Translations under genes and position numbers: made by a program | Shown here: positions 1 to 10,382 of the stretch, piece after piece | Numbering within the stretch: position 1 is the first letter of the stretch | How the letters are laid out: each line of letters opens with the position of its first letter | The notes under the pieces: model-generated | Told to the model about the DNA's origin: nothing | The model's database searches: none | Seen by the model: only the letters and a program-made list of their open reading frames with translations | Source: an uncultured Gemmatimonadaceae bacterium | GTDB taxonomy: Bacteria; Gemmatimonadota; Gemmatimonadetes; Gemmatimonadales; Gemmatimonadaceae | Length of the DNA stretch: 64,000 nucleotides | Assembly: GCA_963829055.1 (NCBI GenBank) | Contig: CAWHHI010000003.1 | Coordinates: 416,001-480,000 of the forward strand | Reading direction: 5' to 3'

Positions 1-2
1 CG

Positions 3-3000
3 GGCGGCGCCGCTCATGTGCTGCTGCTCGAAGACGATGACCTACGACCCGCCGCCTCGTTCGGAACGAGCGGCGGCGCAGTCGGAGGACTACGGGAATC
101 GGATCAGGCGTTGGCTGCCGAGGCGGTTCGAGCGCGGCGCGCGGTGCGCGCCGACGATCTCGACGCGACCACGCACGAACGCGCCGCTGCGACCGCCGTG
201 GAGCCGCAGCAGCGCGGCCGCATTGGCGCGGTCGCTGCGCCTCTGCAGATCGGCGGACGGCCGATCGGCGCGGTCGTGGTCATCAACAAGCCCGAGCGGC
301 AGTTCTCGGAACACGAAGAGCAGCTGCTCATCACACTCGCCACGCACGGCGCGATAGCGCTCGAGAACGCGAAGCTGTACCGCGCCGCGGCACAGACCGC
401 GCGCCACGCGGGCATCCTCGCGGCAACCGCGCGCACACTGACCTTCAACGTCTCAGCGGAAACCCTCTACGCGGGCCTCGCACGGCTCGTGACGGAGTCA
501 CTGCGAGCGGACGGCTTCAGTATTCACGCGGCGGACGCCGCGTACGAGCAGGTGACGCTGCTGCACAGCCAGGGCAGCGGCGCCGAGGCGCCTAACGCGA
601 ACGTCGAGATCTTCTGGGATACGCCGGCAGGAACTACCATGCGATCCGGCGCGCCTCTGTTCGTGGGCGACGTGTCTGCCGACGCGTCCGCGCAGCCGGA
701 CCCCGGCGCCCGCGACGATGCGACCGCGCGCACCACGCGCGGCTCCATGGCGGTCCTGCCGCTCATCATCGAAGGACGCCCGCGCGGCGTTCTCACGCTG
801 CGGTTCCGGCACCCGCGTGACTTCGACGATCGCGAGCGCACGCTGCTCGTCGATTTCTCCACCGCCGTCGCCGTGGCCATGCGCAACGCCTCGCTCGTTG
901 GAGACCTCGAGCGGCGTGCTACGCGACTCTCGGCCGTCGCGAAGGTGCAGCTCGCAATGTCACGCACCGAGCTCCACGACGTCTACGCCGAGATCTATCG
1001 CGCGGTCGCGTCCTCGGTGTCGAACGCCACGTGCTTCGCGCTGGTCCTCGCCGATCAGAGCGCGTCGCTCTTCCGACCACAGCTCATCGTGGTCGACGGC
1101 ATCGTGACGTGGTCACCCGCGCTGCCCGCAGTGCCACTCACCGAGTGCGCCGCGTCGATCGCGCTGCGCACCGGCCAGACCGTCGTCTCGAATCAACCGG
1201 TGCGGTCGTGGGGCGCGCTCGTTCCGGGGACCGCCGCGACGCTCGCGTCGCAGCTGGTGTCGGAGATCGCCATCCCGATGGTGCATGGCGATCACACGCT
1301 CGGCGTCCTGATCGTACAGTCGGAAAAGCGCGGGGCGTTCAGCGACGAAGACCTCGAGCTCCTCTCCATCATCGCTCGTCAGGCAGGCGTCGCCATCGAG
1401 AACGCCCGCCTGTTCGAGTTGCAGCGCGCCGAGCGCGAGATGGCGGAAGCGGCAGCACGCGTCGCGCGCATCGCCCTGTCGAGCACGACTGCCGCGGACG
1501 CCGCCGCGGCCATCCTCGACGTGGTCGGCGACGTGGTGTCGCTCGCGGGCGCCGCGATCGGCCTCCTGCACCGAGACGACTCCGTCGTCTACGTGAGCGC
1601 CACCGGCAGCTCGCATTCGGCGGTCGGCAGACGCGTGCCGCTCGTCGCGAGTGTCGCCCGTGACGTGTTGCCGTCACAGGCCGACCGCCCGACCGGAGAC
1701 GCCGCCGCGGCGCCTAACGAGCAACGAGAGGAACCGCGCGACGAGGAGCTCTCCCGCGGCGGCGTGGTGTTGCCGCTGGCCGCCAAGAACCGAATGCTCG
1801 GCGTCCTCACAGCGGCCGCGCGGCCTGGCAGCACCCTGCCCCAGGCCGACATCGACGCGCTCCGCCGGCTCGCGTCCTCGATCGCGCTCGCCATCGACGT
1901 CCAGCTGCTCGGAGAAGGTGAGCGACATCGGCGTGAGCGAGAGCGCATGCTGGCGACGGCCCTGGCGACGATGGACCAGCCAGTGTTCGTGCTCGCGCTC
2001 GACCGGCGCGTGCTGTACGCGAACGACGCCGCTGTTCGCGAGTACGGCTATAGTCTCGACGAGCTCACCACGATGTCGGTGGACGTGTTCGTTGCCTCCG
2101 CGGTGCCCATTCGCGCCAGCGACGACCTCTCGCGCACGCCGGCGAACGTCGTCATCGCCGAACACGTGCACCGCCGGCGAGACGGGTCACAGTTCCCGGC
2201 CACGGTCGCGCTCAGCTTCATCCGACAGGACAACGGAGCGCCGATCGGGCAAGTGCTCAGCGTCCGCAACCTGACCGATGAGCGTCGTATCGCCGAGCAG
2301 TTACGTCAGAGCGAGAAGCTCGCCGCGTTAGGCGAGCTCGTCGCTGGCGTCGCGCACGAGCTGAACAACCCGCTTGCCGGCATCTCGGCCTTCGCCCAGC
2401 TCCTGCTCGAGGAAGAGCTGGACGCAGATCAGCGCGAGTCGGCGCGCCTGATCAAGCGCGAGGCCGACCGCGCCGTGGGCGTGATCCGCGACCTGCTGCT
2501 GTTCTCGAGGAAGACCGGGCCGAGCGTCGGGCCAGTGGACCTGAATGCGCTCGTGCAGTTCACGCTGCGCCTGCGAGCCTACAGTTTGCGGTCCTCGGGT
2601 GTCGAGGTCGAGACGAACCTCGACCCGTCCCTTCCCGAGCTCTCGGGCGATGATCAGAAGCTGCAGCAGGTGATCCTCAACCTGATCGTCAACGCCGAAT
2701 ACGCCATGCGGCGAACGCCGACGAAGCGTCTCGTGATCCGGACGGCCTGGGAGGGGGATACGGTCGTCACCGAGGTGTCGGACACCGGAACCGGGATGTC
2801 CGAGGAGACGCTCCAGCGGGTGTTCGAACCGTTCTTCACGACCAAACCAGCTGGCGACGGAACCGGGTTAGGGCTCAGCGTGAGTTACGGCATCGTCGAG
2901 GCCCACGGAGGAATCATCACCGTCGAGAGTGCGCCTGGACGGGGGACGAGCTTTCGCATCGTCCTGCCGGTGCCCCGCGCCCACTCGGAATCCCGCGGCC

Positions 3001-3011
3001 GATCCGCGTGA
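3..3011 (+). CDS. Multi-GAF/PAS sensor histidine kinase (5' end probably outside window)
   Basis: Frame open from window edge; repeated GAF signatures (AIALENAKLY, GVAIENARLF), PAS (HRRRDGSQFPA), H-box VAHELNNPL, N-box LNLIVNA, DTGTGM, FEPFFTTK, GTGLGL. Confidence 0.92.
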   Translation, partial: GGAAHVLLLEDDDLRPAASFGTSGGAVGGLRESDQALAAEAVRARRAVRADDLDATTHERAAATAVEPQQRGRIGAVAAPLQIGGRPIGAVVVINKPERQFSEHEEQLLITLATHGAIALENAKLYRAAAQTARHAGILAATARTLTFNVSAETLYAGLARLVTESLRADGFSIHAADAAYEQVTLLHSQGSGAEAPNANVEIFWDTPAGTTMRSGAPLFVGDVSADASAQPDPGARDDATARTTRGSMAVLPLIIEGRPRGVLTLRFRHPRDFDDRERTLLVDFSTAVAVAMRNASLVGDLERRATRLSAVAKVQLAMSRTELHDVYAEIYRAVASSVSNATCFALVLADQSASLFRPQLIVVDGIVTWSPALPAVPLTECAASIALRTGQTVVSNQPVRSWGALVPGTAATLASQLVSEIAIPMVHGDHTLGVLIVQSEKRGAFSDEDLELLSIIARQAGVAIENARLFELQRAEREMAEAAARVARIALSSTTAADAAAAILDVVGDVVSLAGAAIGLLHRDDSVVYVSATGSSHSAVGRRVPLVASVARDVLPSQADRPTGDAAAAPNEQREEPRDEELSRGGVVLPLAAKNRMLGVLTAAARPGSTLPQADIDALRRLASSIALAIDVQLLGEGERHRRERERMLATALATMDQPVFVLALDRRVLYANDAAVREYGYSLDELTTMSVDVFVASAVPIRASDDLSRTPANVVIAEHVHRRRDGSQFPATVALSFIRQDNGAPIGQVLSVRNLTDERRIAEQLRQSEKLAALGELVAGVAHELNNPLAGISAFAQLLLEEELDADQRESARLIKREADRAVGVIRDLLLFSRKTGPSVGPVDLNALVQFTLRLRAYSLRSSGVEVETNLDPSLPELSGDDQKLQQVILNLIVNAEYAMRRTPTKRLVIRTAWEGDTVVTEVSDTGTGMSEETLQRVFEPFFTTKPAGDGTGLGLSVSYGIVEAHGGIITVESAPGRGTSFRIVLPVPRAHSESRGRSA

Positions 3012-4114
3012 CGCCGAAGATACCGACACCGCCGAATGGCGGGTTGACCAATCGCGTCATCGGAGACGGTGGCCCGTGGCGTGTCCTCATCGTCGATGAC
3101 GAAGAGACCATTCGGCTCGCGCTCTCCAAGTTCCTGCGCACGCGTGGGTACAACGTACAGACGGCCGAATCCGGCGCCGCCGCGCTCGATCTGCTCCAGC
3201 GCGGGAAGTACGTGCTGATGCTCTGCGACGTGCGCATGCCGGGCCTGAGTGGAGTCGACTTGGTGCCGCGCGCCCTCGCCATCGATCCCGAGCTCGCGAT
3301 CGTGATGTTGACCGCGGTCAACGACGCCCCGACGGCCGCCGAGGTCCTGTCGGCCGGCGCGATGGACTACCTGATGAAGCCCATCGAGCTGACCGATCTG
3401 CAACAGGCCCTCGAGCGCGTGCTCCATCGGCGGGGCCTCTCGATCGAGCAACGGAACGTCGAACGCCTCATCCGCGAGGAGGTCGCGCTTCGCACGGCCG
3501 AGTTGGAGCGCGAAAAGCTCGCGCTCCGCGCCCTCAGCATCGATGTCGTCGAGGCACTCATCAACGCGCTCGAGGCGAGGGATGTATACCTGCGTGGCCA
3601 CTCACAGAGAGTCGCACACCTCGCCGCGGCCATCGCGCAGGACATGGGGCTCGACGCGGATACGGTCGAAGAGATTCGCCTGGCCGGCCGGCTCCACGAC
3701 GTCGGGAAGATCGGCATTCGCGAGTCCGTGTTGAACAAGCCCGGGCCGCTGACTACGGAGGAGTTCGACCACGTCCGCACGCACGTTCGTATTGGGGTCG
3801 ACATCCTCACGCCACTCCGTCACCTCGGACAGGCCGTGCTGTACGTGCACGACCATCACGAGCATTGGGATGGCGGCGGCTACCCACGGGGTCTTGCGGG
3901 CGAGAACATTTCGCTCGGCGGGCGCATTCTGTGCGCTGCCGACGCGTTCGACGCCCTGACGTCGCTGCGCTCCTATCGCGGCGCGTTGACCCCCGAGGCG
4001 ACGATCGATTACCTCGCCGCACACAGCGGTGGCTTGATCGATCCCTCGGTGTTCGACGTGCTGGCCACTGTCGTCCGTCGTGGCCGCGCCCTCGTCTTCA
4101 TCGACGACGTCTGA
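3008..4114 (+). CDS. Response regulator with HD-GYP phosphodiesterase domain
   Basis: Receiver (VLIVDDE, CDVRMPG, YLMKP); LHDVGKIG and HHEHWDGGGYP; GTGA overlap with kinase stop. Confidence 0.92.
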   Translation: MTPKIPTPPNGGLTNRVIGDGGPWRVLIVDDEETIRLALSKFLRTRGYNVQTAESGAAALDLLQRGKYVLMLCDVRMPGLSGVDLVPRALAIDPELAIVMLTAVNDAPTAAEVLSAGAMDYLMKPIELTDLQQALERVLHRRGLSIEQRNVERLIREEVALRTAELEREKLALRALSIDVVEALINALEARDVYLRGHSQRVAHLAAAIAQDMGLDADTVEEIRLAGRLHDVGKIGIRESVLNKPGPLTTEEFDHVRTHVRIGVDILTPLRHLGQAVLYVHDHHEHWDGGGYPRGLAGENISLGGRILCAADAFDALTSLRSYRGALTPEATIDYLAAHSGGLIDPSVFDVLATVVRRGRALVFIDDV

Positions 4115-4221
4115 TCGCCCGACGCCCGACGCGGTTCAGCGGTCCAACGATCGATAGGACGCACCGCGCCGGATGTGTCGTATTCCCATCGATTTCCGCC
4201 TGACCGACGTATTAAGCAGAC

Positions 4222-5667
4222 ATGTCTCTTTACCGTTTTTCCCTCGCCATCGCTGCGCTTGCAGCGTCCGCGTTCCAGAGTCACGCTCAGGCGCGCGACA
4301 TTCGTACGGGTACACCGTCCGACACCATCCGCCTCGCGATCGACGAGGCGGTTTCGCGCGCCGTTCGTCAGAGCGACGAAACGCGCCTGTCCTCGGCCCA
4401 GGTCGAGGTCACGGAAGCCCAGATCACGACTGCCCGCGCCGCCGGTCTGCCACAGATCCGGATCAACGGAGCCTACACACAGGTCATAGAAAACGCCCGC
4501 GCCAACATCGTCGGGTCCGTGTTCGCCCAGGCTTTCACGTACAACTCGAACGCGAACATCTCGCAGACGATCTTCCAGGGCGGCCGCATTTTCGCAAGCA
4601 CGCGGGCAGCTGCGGATGCTCGCCGGGCGGCCCGGTTCGACCAGGCCAATGTTCAGGCCCGCGTCTCGGTTGATATTCAGCGCGCCTACTTCCTGGCACT
4701 GCTGAGCGATCGCCTGTACGAGATCCAGATCCGCAACCTCGCCCTCGCCGATGAGCGACTCAAGCAGGTCGAGCGTCTGGCGGCTGGTGGCCGTGCCGCA
4801 CGCTATGACGTGCTCCGCGCTCGCGTGGAGCGCACGAACCTCGAGCCGGGCCTCATTCAGGCGCGCAGCGATCGCGATCTCGCGCTGCTCGAGGTAAAAC
4901 GGATCCTGAACCTTCCGGTCAAGCAGCCGCTCGTCCTGACGAGCGCGCTCGACCCAGAAGGGCTGCAGACCTTTATCGCGACGGTCGCCAACGACTCGAC
5001 AGCCGACCCGCTCCGCGCGTCGGTCCGCGCCGCCGAATCGATCGTCGAAGCCCGCGGCGAAGGCATTCGCGTGGCCCGCGCCGACCTGATGCCTACCGTG
5101 TCCGCGTTCTTTCAGACCGGCTACCTGGCTCTTCCGTCGAGCAACGGGTTGCCGACAAACTGGGGACAGGCCGGGTCGACGATCTGCCCGCCCGGCTCAG
5201 CACCCAACCGTATCTGTCAGAACAACGGCTGGTTCCCCGACCGGAACTTTGGTGTACAGATTTCCTGGGCGCTATTCGACGGGTTCCGCGCGAAAGGAAA
5301 CATCGACCTCGCGCAAGCCAACCGGCGAGTCGCCGAGCTGCAGCTGTCCCAGGAGCGGGAGGCGGTCGAGGTGGAACGTGCGCAGGCTCGTGCCGAATTC
5401 GCGCGCGCTCGGTCCGCGTATGACGCACAACACGACAACGCGCGTGAGGCAGAAGAGGCCTACCGCCTTGCCGCGTTGCGATTCGAGCGCGGTCTGGACA
5501 CCCAGCTCGATGCGTCGGCGGTGCAATTGCAACTCCTCGTCGCGAAAACGAACGAGGCCCGCTCCATCTTCGACCTCTACATCGCGGCTGCAGATCTCGC
5601 GCGCGCACGTGGACTTCCCGTCCCGCTACCGCCTACGCGTCCCGTAACCGCTCCTCCTTCTCGCTGA
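4222..5667 (+). CDS. TolC-family outer membrane efflux protein
   Basis: Signal peptide, two OEP-like helical repeats (LPQIRING, LMPTVSAF), position upstream of MFP and RND genes. Confidence 0.85.
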   Translation: MSLYRFSLAIAALAASAFQSHAQARDIRTGTPSDTIRLAIDEAVSRAVRQSDETRLSSAQVEVTEAQITTARAAGLPQIRINGAYTQVIENARANIVGSVFAQAFTYNSNANISQTIFQGGRIFASTRAAADARRAARFDQANVQARVSVDIQRAYFLALLSDRLYEIQIRNLALADERLKQVERLAAGGRAARYDVLRARVERTNLEPGLIQARSDRDLALLEVKRILNLPVKQPLVLTSALDPEGLQTFIATVANDSTADPLRASVRAAESIVEARGEGIRVARADLMPTVSAFFQTGYLALPSSNGLPTNWGQAGSTICPPGSAPNRICQNNGWFPDRNFGVQISWALFDGFRAKGNIDLAQANRRVAELQLSQEREAVEVERAQARAEFARARSAYDAQHDNAREAEEAYRLAALRFERGLDTQLDASAVQLQLLVAKTNEARSIFDLYIAAADLARARGLPVPLPPTRPVTAPPSR

Positions 5668-5685
5668 TCTCTGCTCACATCGCTT

Positions 5686-6930
5686 GTGTCGATAGCATCG
5701 CTCCTGCGTTCGCCCGCCGTGATCGTCGCGGCCACCGCTCTTGTCGTTACCGCGTGCTCGAAGGAGGCCGGAGACGGAACTCCCGCGTCCGCCGCAGCCG
5801 CTACTACCAAGTCCGACCGCGGTGGTGAGAAAGGCGGCGCACCTGGCGCTGCCGGCGCGCGGCGTACGAACTCCATCATTCTCGCGGCGAGCGACGTCAA
5901 GACGGTCGATCGTGGTACCATCGAGGCCGGCGTCTCGATCTCGGGCGATCTCAAGGCGATCGAAGAAGCCGTGGTCCGTGCCCGCCTCGAGGGTGACCTC
6001 GTGGGTGTCTACGTCCGCGAAGGTGACCGCGTCACCTCGGGCCAGCTGCTCGCGAAGTTCGAAGACAGCGAGCAGGAGAGCAACCATACGTCCGCAATCG
6101 CCGACCGCGAATCGGCACAGAGCGACCTCGAGACAGCCAAGTGGAACGCCGAGCAGGCCGACCAGCTGTTCAAGGCTGGCGCTATTGCCGAGCGCGATCT
6201 GCGCACCGCGCAACAGACGTTCGCCGCGAGCCGAGCTCGGCTCGCGGCTGCCGAGGCGCGGGTTCGCGCGACGATGTCGTTGTTGAGCGACACGCGCGCG
6301 GTCGCGCCCACCACCGGGGTCGTCGCCAGGCGCGGTGTCGAGAACGGTGAGCACGTCGCGCGCGGGGCAGAGATGTTCACGGTCGTTCGTTCGGATGTCC
6401 TCGAGCTCGGGGCTGCCGTGCCAGCACGTCAGGCGGGCGAGATCAAGGTCGGACAGCGCGTACACTTCGCCGCCGGCGGGCGGGACTTCGAGGGGCGCGT
6501 CGCGCGGATCAGCCCCACCATCGATCCCACGAACCGGTCCATCACCGTCTACATGCAGGTGCCTAACGTCGGCGGGGTGCTCAAGGCGAACTCGTTCTCC
6601 ACGGGTCGCATCGTCTCGCGCACCGTCGATGGCGCGATCGTCATTCCTAACGCGGCGATCCGTCAGGCCCAGGGCAACGACAAGCCGTTCGTCTACCGCC
6701 TCGACGCGACCGACGCGCTCGAGCGCGCGCCGGTCAGCGTCGGCATCGTGGACGAGAGCCAGGCGATCGCCGAGATCGTCGAAGGCCTCAAACCCGGCGA
6801 CCGCATCATCGTCGGCAACGTCGGCACGCTCGGCGCCGGTATGAAGGTGACCATCGCCGGCGGCGGCGAAGGCGCGAACGGGGAACGCGGAGCCGGCACG
6901 CGACGGCCCGGTGCTCCACCAGGACCCTAA
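5686..6930 (+). CDS. RND efflux periplasmic adaptor (membrane fusion lipoprotein)
   Basis: Lipobox-like VTAC; VREGDRVTSGQLL, APTTGVV, GLKPGDRII. Confidence 0.9.
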   Translation: MSIASLLRSPAVIVAATALVVTACSKEAGDGTPASAAAATTKSDRGGEKGGAPGAAGARRTNSIILAASDVKTVDRGTIEAGVSISGDLKAIEEAVVRARLEGDLVGVYVREGDRVTSGQLLAKFEDSEQESNHTSAIADRESAQSDLETAKWNAEQADQLFKAGAIAERDLRTAQQTFAASRARLAAAEARVRATMSLLSDTRAVAPTTGVVARRGVENGEHVARGAEMFTVVRSDVLELGAAVPARQAGEIKVGQRVHFAAGGRDFEGRVARISPTIDPTNRSITVYMQVPNVGGVLKANSFSTGRIVSRTVDGAIVIPNAAIRQAQGNDKPFVYRLDATDALERAPVSVGIVDESQAIAEIVEGLKPGDRIIVGNVGTLGAGMKVTIAGGGEGANGERGAGTRRPGAPPGP

Positions 6931-6951
6931 CGAGCAGCCGCGCAGCCGCCG

Positions 6952-6979
6952 GTTCCCGCTTCCCAGTTCCCTGTTCCCG
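6952..6979. repeat. Four imperfect 7-bp tandem units
   Basis: gttcccg-cttccca-gttccct-gttcccg in the MFP/RND intergenic gap. Confidence 0.6.
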
Positions 6980-6989
6980 GTCTCACTCG

Positions 6990-9900
6990 ATGTTCCTGTC
7001 AGATATCTCGATCCGTCGCCCGGTGTTCGCGACCATGATGATGGTCACGCTCGTCGTGCTCGGCATCGTTGCCTATCAGCGCCTCTCGCTCGACGAATAC
7101 CCCGACGTCACGTACCCGGTCATCATCGTCCAGACGAGCTACCCGGGGACATCGCCCGAAGTGATGGAGCGCCAGATTTCGCGCCCCATCGAGCAGGCCG
7201 TGAACACCGTCCAGGGCGTCTACGAAGTGAGCTCGACTTCGCTCGAAGGCATCTCGATCGTGCGCCTGCAGTTCAACCTCGGCGCGGACGTGAAGGGTGC
7301 GCAACAGGACGTCCAGGCGAAGGTGTCCGGGATCCGAAGGCAGCTTCCGCCGGATATCGACGAGCCAGTTGTTAGGCACTTCGACCCGAACGATAGTCCG
7401 ATCATCTCCATCGCGGCGCAGAGCACCGAGCGCCCGTTGCGCGAGATCACGGACATGGCCGACGAGACGATCGTCACGCGTCTCCAGGCCGTGCCCGGTG
7501 TCGGCGCGGTCAATCGCACCGGAGGCAGCGAGCGCGTCATCCGCGTGCAGCTCGACCCGTCAGCGCTCAACTCCTATCGCGTGAGCCCGCAGCAGGTGAT
7601 GCAGGCGCTGCAGCGTGAGAATCAGGAGGTCCCCGCCGGTCGCGTCGACTACGGCGACATCGAGCGCCTGGTTCGCGTCACCGGCCGCATCGTCGAGCCG
7701 CGCCAGTTCGCGAACATCGTCGTCGCCGTTCGCAACAACGTCCCGATTCGCATCTCGGACGTCGGCACCGTGATCGACGGCGAGGCCGACAAGCGCACCG
7801 CCGCCGAGATCGATCGCAACCCGGCCGTCTCGATCGAGATCCTCAAGATCTCGGGCGCGAACACGGTCGACGTGGCGGACTCGGTCCGCGCGGCGGTCGC
7901 CGATCTCTCGCGTCAGCTTCCGAGCGACGTGACGCTGCGCGTGACACGCGACGACTCCAGGCGCATCCGCGAATCGCTCGCCGACGTGCAGATGAGCCTC
8001 GTGCTCGGCGCCGTCCTCACGATCGCGATCATCTATCTCTTCCTGAACTCGTGGCGTTCCACCGTCATCACCGGGCTGGCGCTGCCGATCAGTATCATCT
8101 CGTCGTTCTTCATCATGTGGGTGATGGACTTCACCATCAACACGATGACGCTGCTCGCGCTTTCACTTGCGATCGGCCTCCTCATCGACGACGCCATCGT
8201 CGTCCGTGAGAACATCGTGCGTCACATGGAAATGGGGAAAGACCACTACACCGCGGCGCGCGACGGAACGTCCGAGATCGGGCTCGCCGTGTTCTCCACG
8301 ACACTCGCCGTCGTGGCCGTGTTCGTTCCGGTCGCCTTCATGGGCGGCATCATCGGAAAGATCTTCTTCCAGTTCGGCGTCACCGTCGCGTTCGCCGTGC
8401 TGGTGTCGTTGTTCGTGTCGTTCACACTCGACCCCATGCTCTCGAGCGTGTGGTACGACCCGGACGTCGAGCACGGTGCGAAGGCCGATGGAGCGCACGG
8501 CGAAACGGGTGGCGCGCCGCGTCGCGTCCGATCACCCATTCGCCGCGGCGCCATCGCGTTCAACAACTGGTTCGAACGCATGTCCGACAAGTACCCGACG
8601 ATGCTGCACTGGGCGTTGGGCCACCGCCTGTTGGTCATGGTCGTGTCCATCGCCCTGATCGTCGCGGCTGGCATCATCATCCCGCGACTCGGCTTCACGT
8701 GGATGCCCGACCCGAACGGCGATGACTTCTCCGTGGGCGTTCGTACGCCACCCGGATCGACGCTCGACTACACGCTCGCCAAGGGTCGCGAAGTCAGCGA
8801 CTTCCTCAAGTCACAACCGGAAGTCGAATACACGTACCTGACGGTTGGCGGCGGATTCCGCGGCACGCCTAACCAGGGATCCATCAACGTCCAGCTGCGC
8901 GCTGGACACGAACGCACGCTCACCGAGATCCAGACGGAGCTGCGCGGGAGGCTGCGGCAGGTGACGGGCATCGTTCCGACCATCAATCCGCCACAGAGCA
9001 TTTTCGGCGGCCGCGGACAGCCAATCCGCGTGAACATCCAGGGGCCGGAACAGTCGCGCCTCAAGATCGCTGCCGGGCGTGTGTACGAAGCCATGAAGCA
9101 GATCCCCGGCGTGGCCGAGCCGAATTCGAGCGACCAGGGCGACATTCCCCAGTTGGACGTCACCGTCGACCGGCAGCAGGCGTGGGCAGCTGGCCTCGGC
9201 ATCAATGCGATCGGGACAACGTTGCAGCCGCTGTTCTCGGGAACGCGGGCGACGCGTTGGGAAGACCCACAGGGCTACCAGCACGACGTCATCGTGGTCT
9301 ATCCCGACTCGCTGCGAAAAACGGCGGCCGATGTGGCGAACATCCCCATCGCCACCTCCAACATTGATCCGACCACCGGTCAGCCCACCATCGTCCCGCT
9401 CTCGCAGGTCGCCGAGGTTCGCAGCGGCGTCGGACCGCAGCAGATCGAGCGTCGGCAGCTCGAGCGACAGATCAACATCTCCGCCGGCGTCATTCCCGGG
9501 AATCCGCTGGGCGACGTTGCCGCTGCGGTGAAGGCGTCGATCGACTCACTGAACCTGCCGCCGGGATATCACGCCGTCTTTACCGGCGACGTCCAGAACC
9601 TGAATGACACGAAGGGCTACGTCGCGGAAGCCCTCATTCTCGCGGTGGTCTTCATCTACCTCATTCTCGCGTCGCTCTTCGGATCGTTCCTGCAGCCGCT
9701 CGCGATCATGCTCGCGCTGCCGCTGAGCTTCATCGGCGTCGCGCTGGCACTGCTCCTCACGCGCGGTAACATGAACGTGATGTCCATGATCGGTATCATC
9801 ATGCTCATGGGCCTCGTGACGAAGAACGGTATTCTGCTCGTCGACTTCACGAATCAGGAGCGCGAGCACGGACGCGAACGCGAGTCGGCGATCCTCACGG

Positions 9901-10181
9901 CCGCGCGCACCCGTCTTCGCCCGATCATCATGACCACGTTCGCTATGGTGTTCGGCATGATTCCGCTCGCACTGGCCATTGGCGCGGGAGCGGAACAGCG
10001 TGCCCCAATGGCGCGTGCGGTCATCGGTGGCTTGATCACTTCGACGTTCCTCACGTTGTTCGTCGTCCCCGTGATGTACACGCTCCTCGACGACACCGCG
10101 GCATGGGTGCTGAGCCGACGGCGCTCTCCACACAGGCCGACCGCCGAACCGCCGGTCACCGACCCTGCGTTCGGTGATTGA
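6990..10181 (+). CDS. AcrB/AcrD/AcrF-family RND permease
   Basis: 1063 aa; SIRRPVFA start, GLLIDDAIVVRENI, KNGILLVDF, RLRPIIMTT. Confidence 0.95.
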   Translation: MFLSDISIRRPVFATMMMVTLVVLGIVAYQRLSLDEYPDVTYPVIIVQTSYPGTSPEVMERQISRPIEQAVNTVQGVYEVSSTSLEGISIVRLQFNLGADVKGAQQDVQAKVSGIRRQLPPDIDEPVVRHFDPNDSPIISIAAQSTERPLREITDMADETIVTRLQAVPGVGAVNRTGGSERVIRVQLDPSALNSYRVSPQQVMQALQRENQEVPAGRVDYGDIERLVRVTGRIVEPRQFANIVVAVRNNVPIRISDVGTVIDGEADKRTAAEIDRNPAVSIEILKISGANTVDVADSVRAAVADLSRQLPSDVTLRVTRDDSRRIRESLADVQMSLVLGAVLTIAIIYLFLNSWRSTVITGLALPISIISSFFIMWVMDFTINTMTLLALSLAIGLLIDDAIVVRENIVRHMEMGKDHYTAARDGTSEIGLAVFSTTLAVVAVFVPVAFMGGIIGKIFFQFGVTVAFAVLVSLFVSFTLDPMLSSVWYDPDVEHGAKADGAHGETGGAPRRVRSPIRRGAIAFNNWFERMSDKYPTMLHWALGHRLLVMVVSIALIVAAGIIIPRLGFTWMPDPNGDDFSVGVRTPPGSTLDYTLAKGREVSDFLKSQPEVEYTYLTVGGGFRGTPNQGSINVQLRAGHERTLTEIQTELRGRLRQVTGIVPTINPPQSIFGGRGQPIRVNIQGPEQSRLKIAAGRVYEAMKQIPGVAEPNSSDQGDIPQLDVTVDRQQAWAAGLGINAIGTTLQPLFSGTRATRWEDPQGYQHDVIVVYPDSLRKTAADVANIPIATSNIDPTTGQPTIVPLSQVAEVRSGVGPQQIERRQLERQINISAGVIPGNPLGDVAAAVKASIDSLNLPPGYHAVFTGDVQNLNDTKGYVAEALILAVVFIYLILASLFGSFLQPLAIMLALPLSFIGVALALLLTRGNMNVMSMIGIIMLMGLVTKNGILLVDFTNQEREHGRERESAILTAARTRLRPIIMTTFAMVFGMIPLALAIGAGAEQRAPMARAVIGGLITSTFLTLFVVPVMYTLLDDTAAWVLSRRRSPHRPTAEPPVTDPAFGD

Positions 10182-10382
10182 GACGATCATTCGCGACCTC
10201 GTTATGTCGCTCGTTGTGTTGCAGGTCGCTTGACTCCACGACATTGCCATTGTACTAGGGTGACGTGAAGTGGCGCGCGTTTTCGCGCTCACTTGAAAAA
10301 CGCGAAGGGGCTCGTGCGTGCACCTTTCCCGTTCGGCTTTCCCCCTGGATCGAACCGGACGGCAATCTCACAGGAGGCGGTC

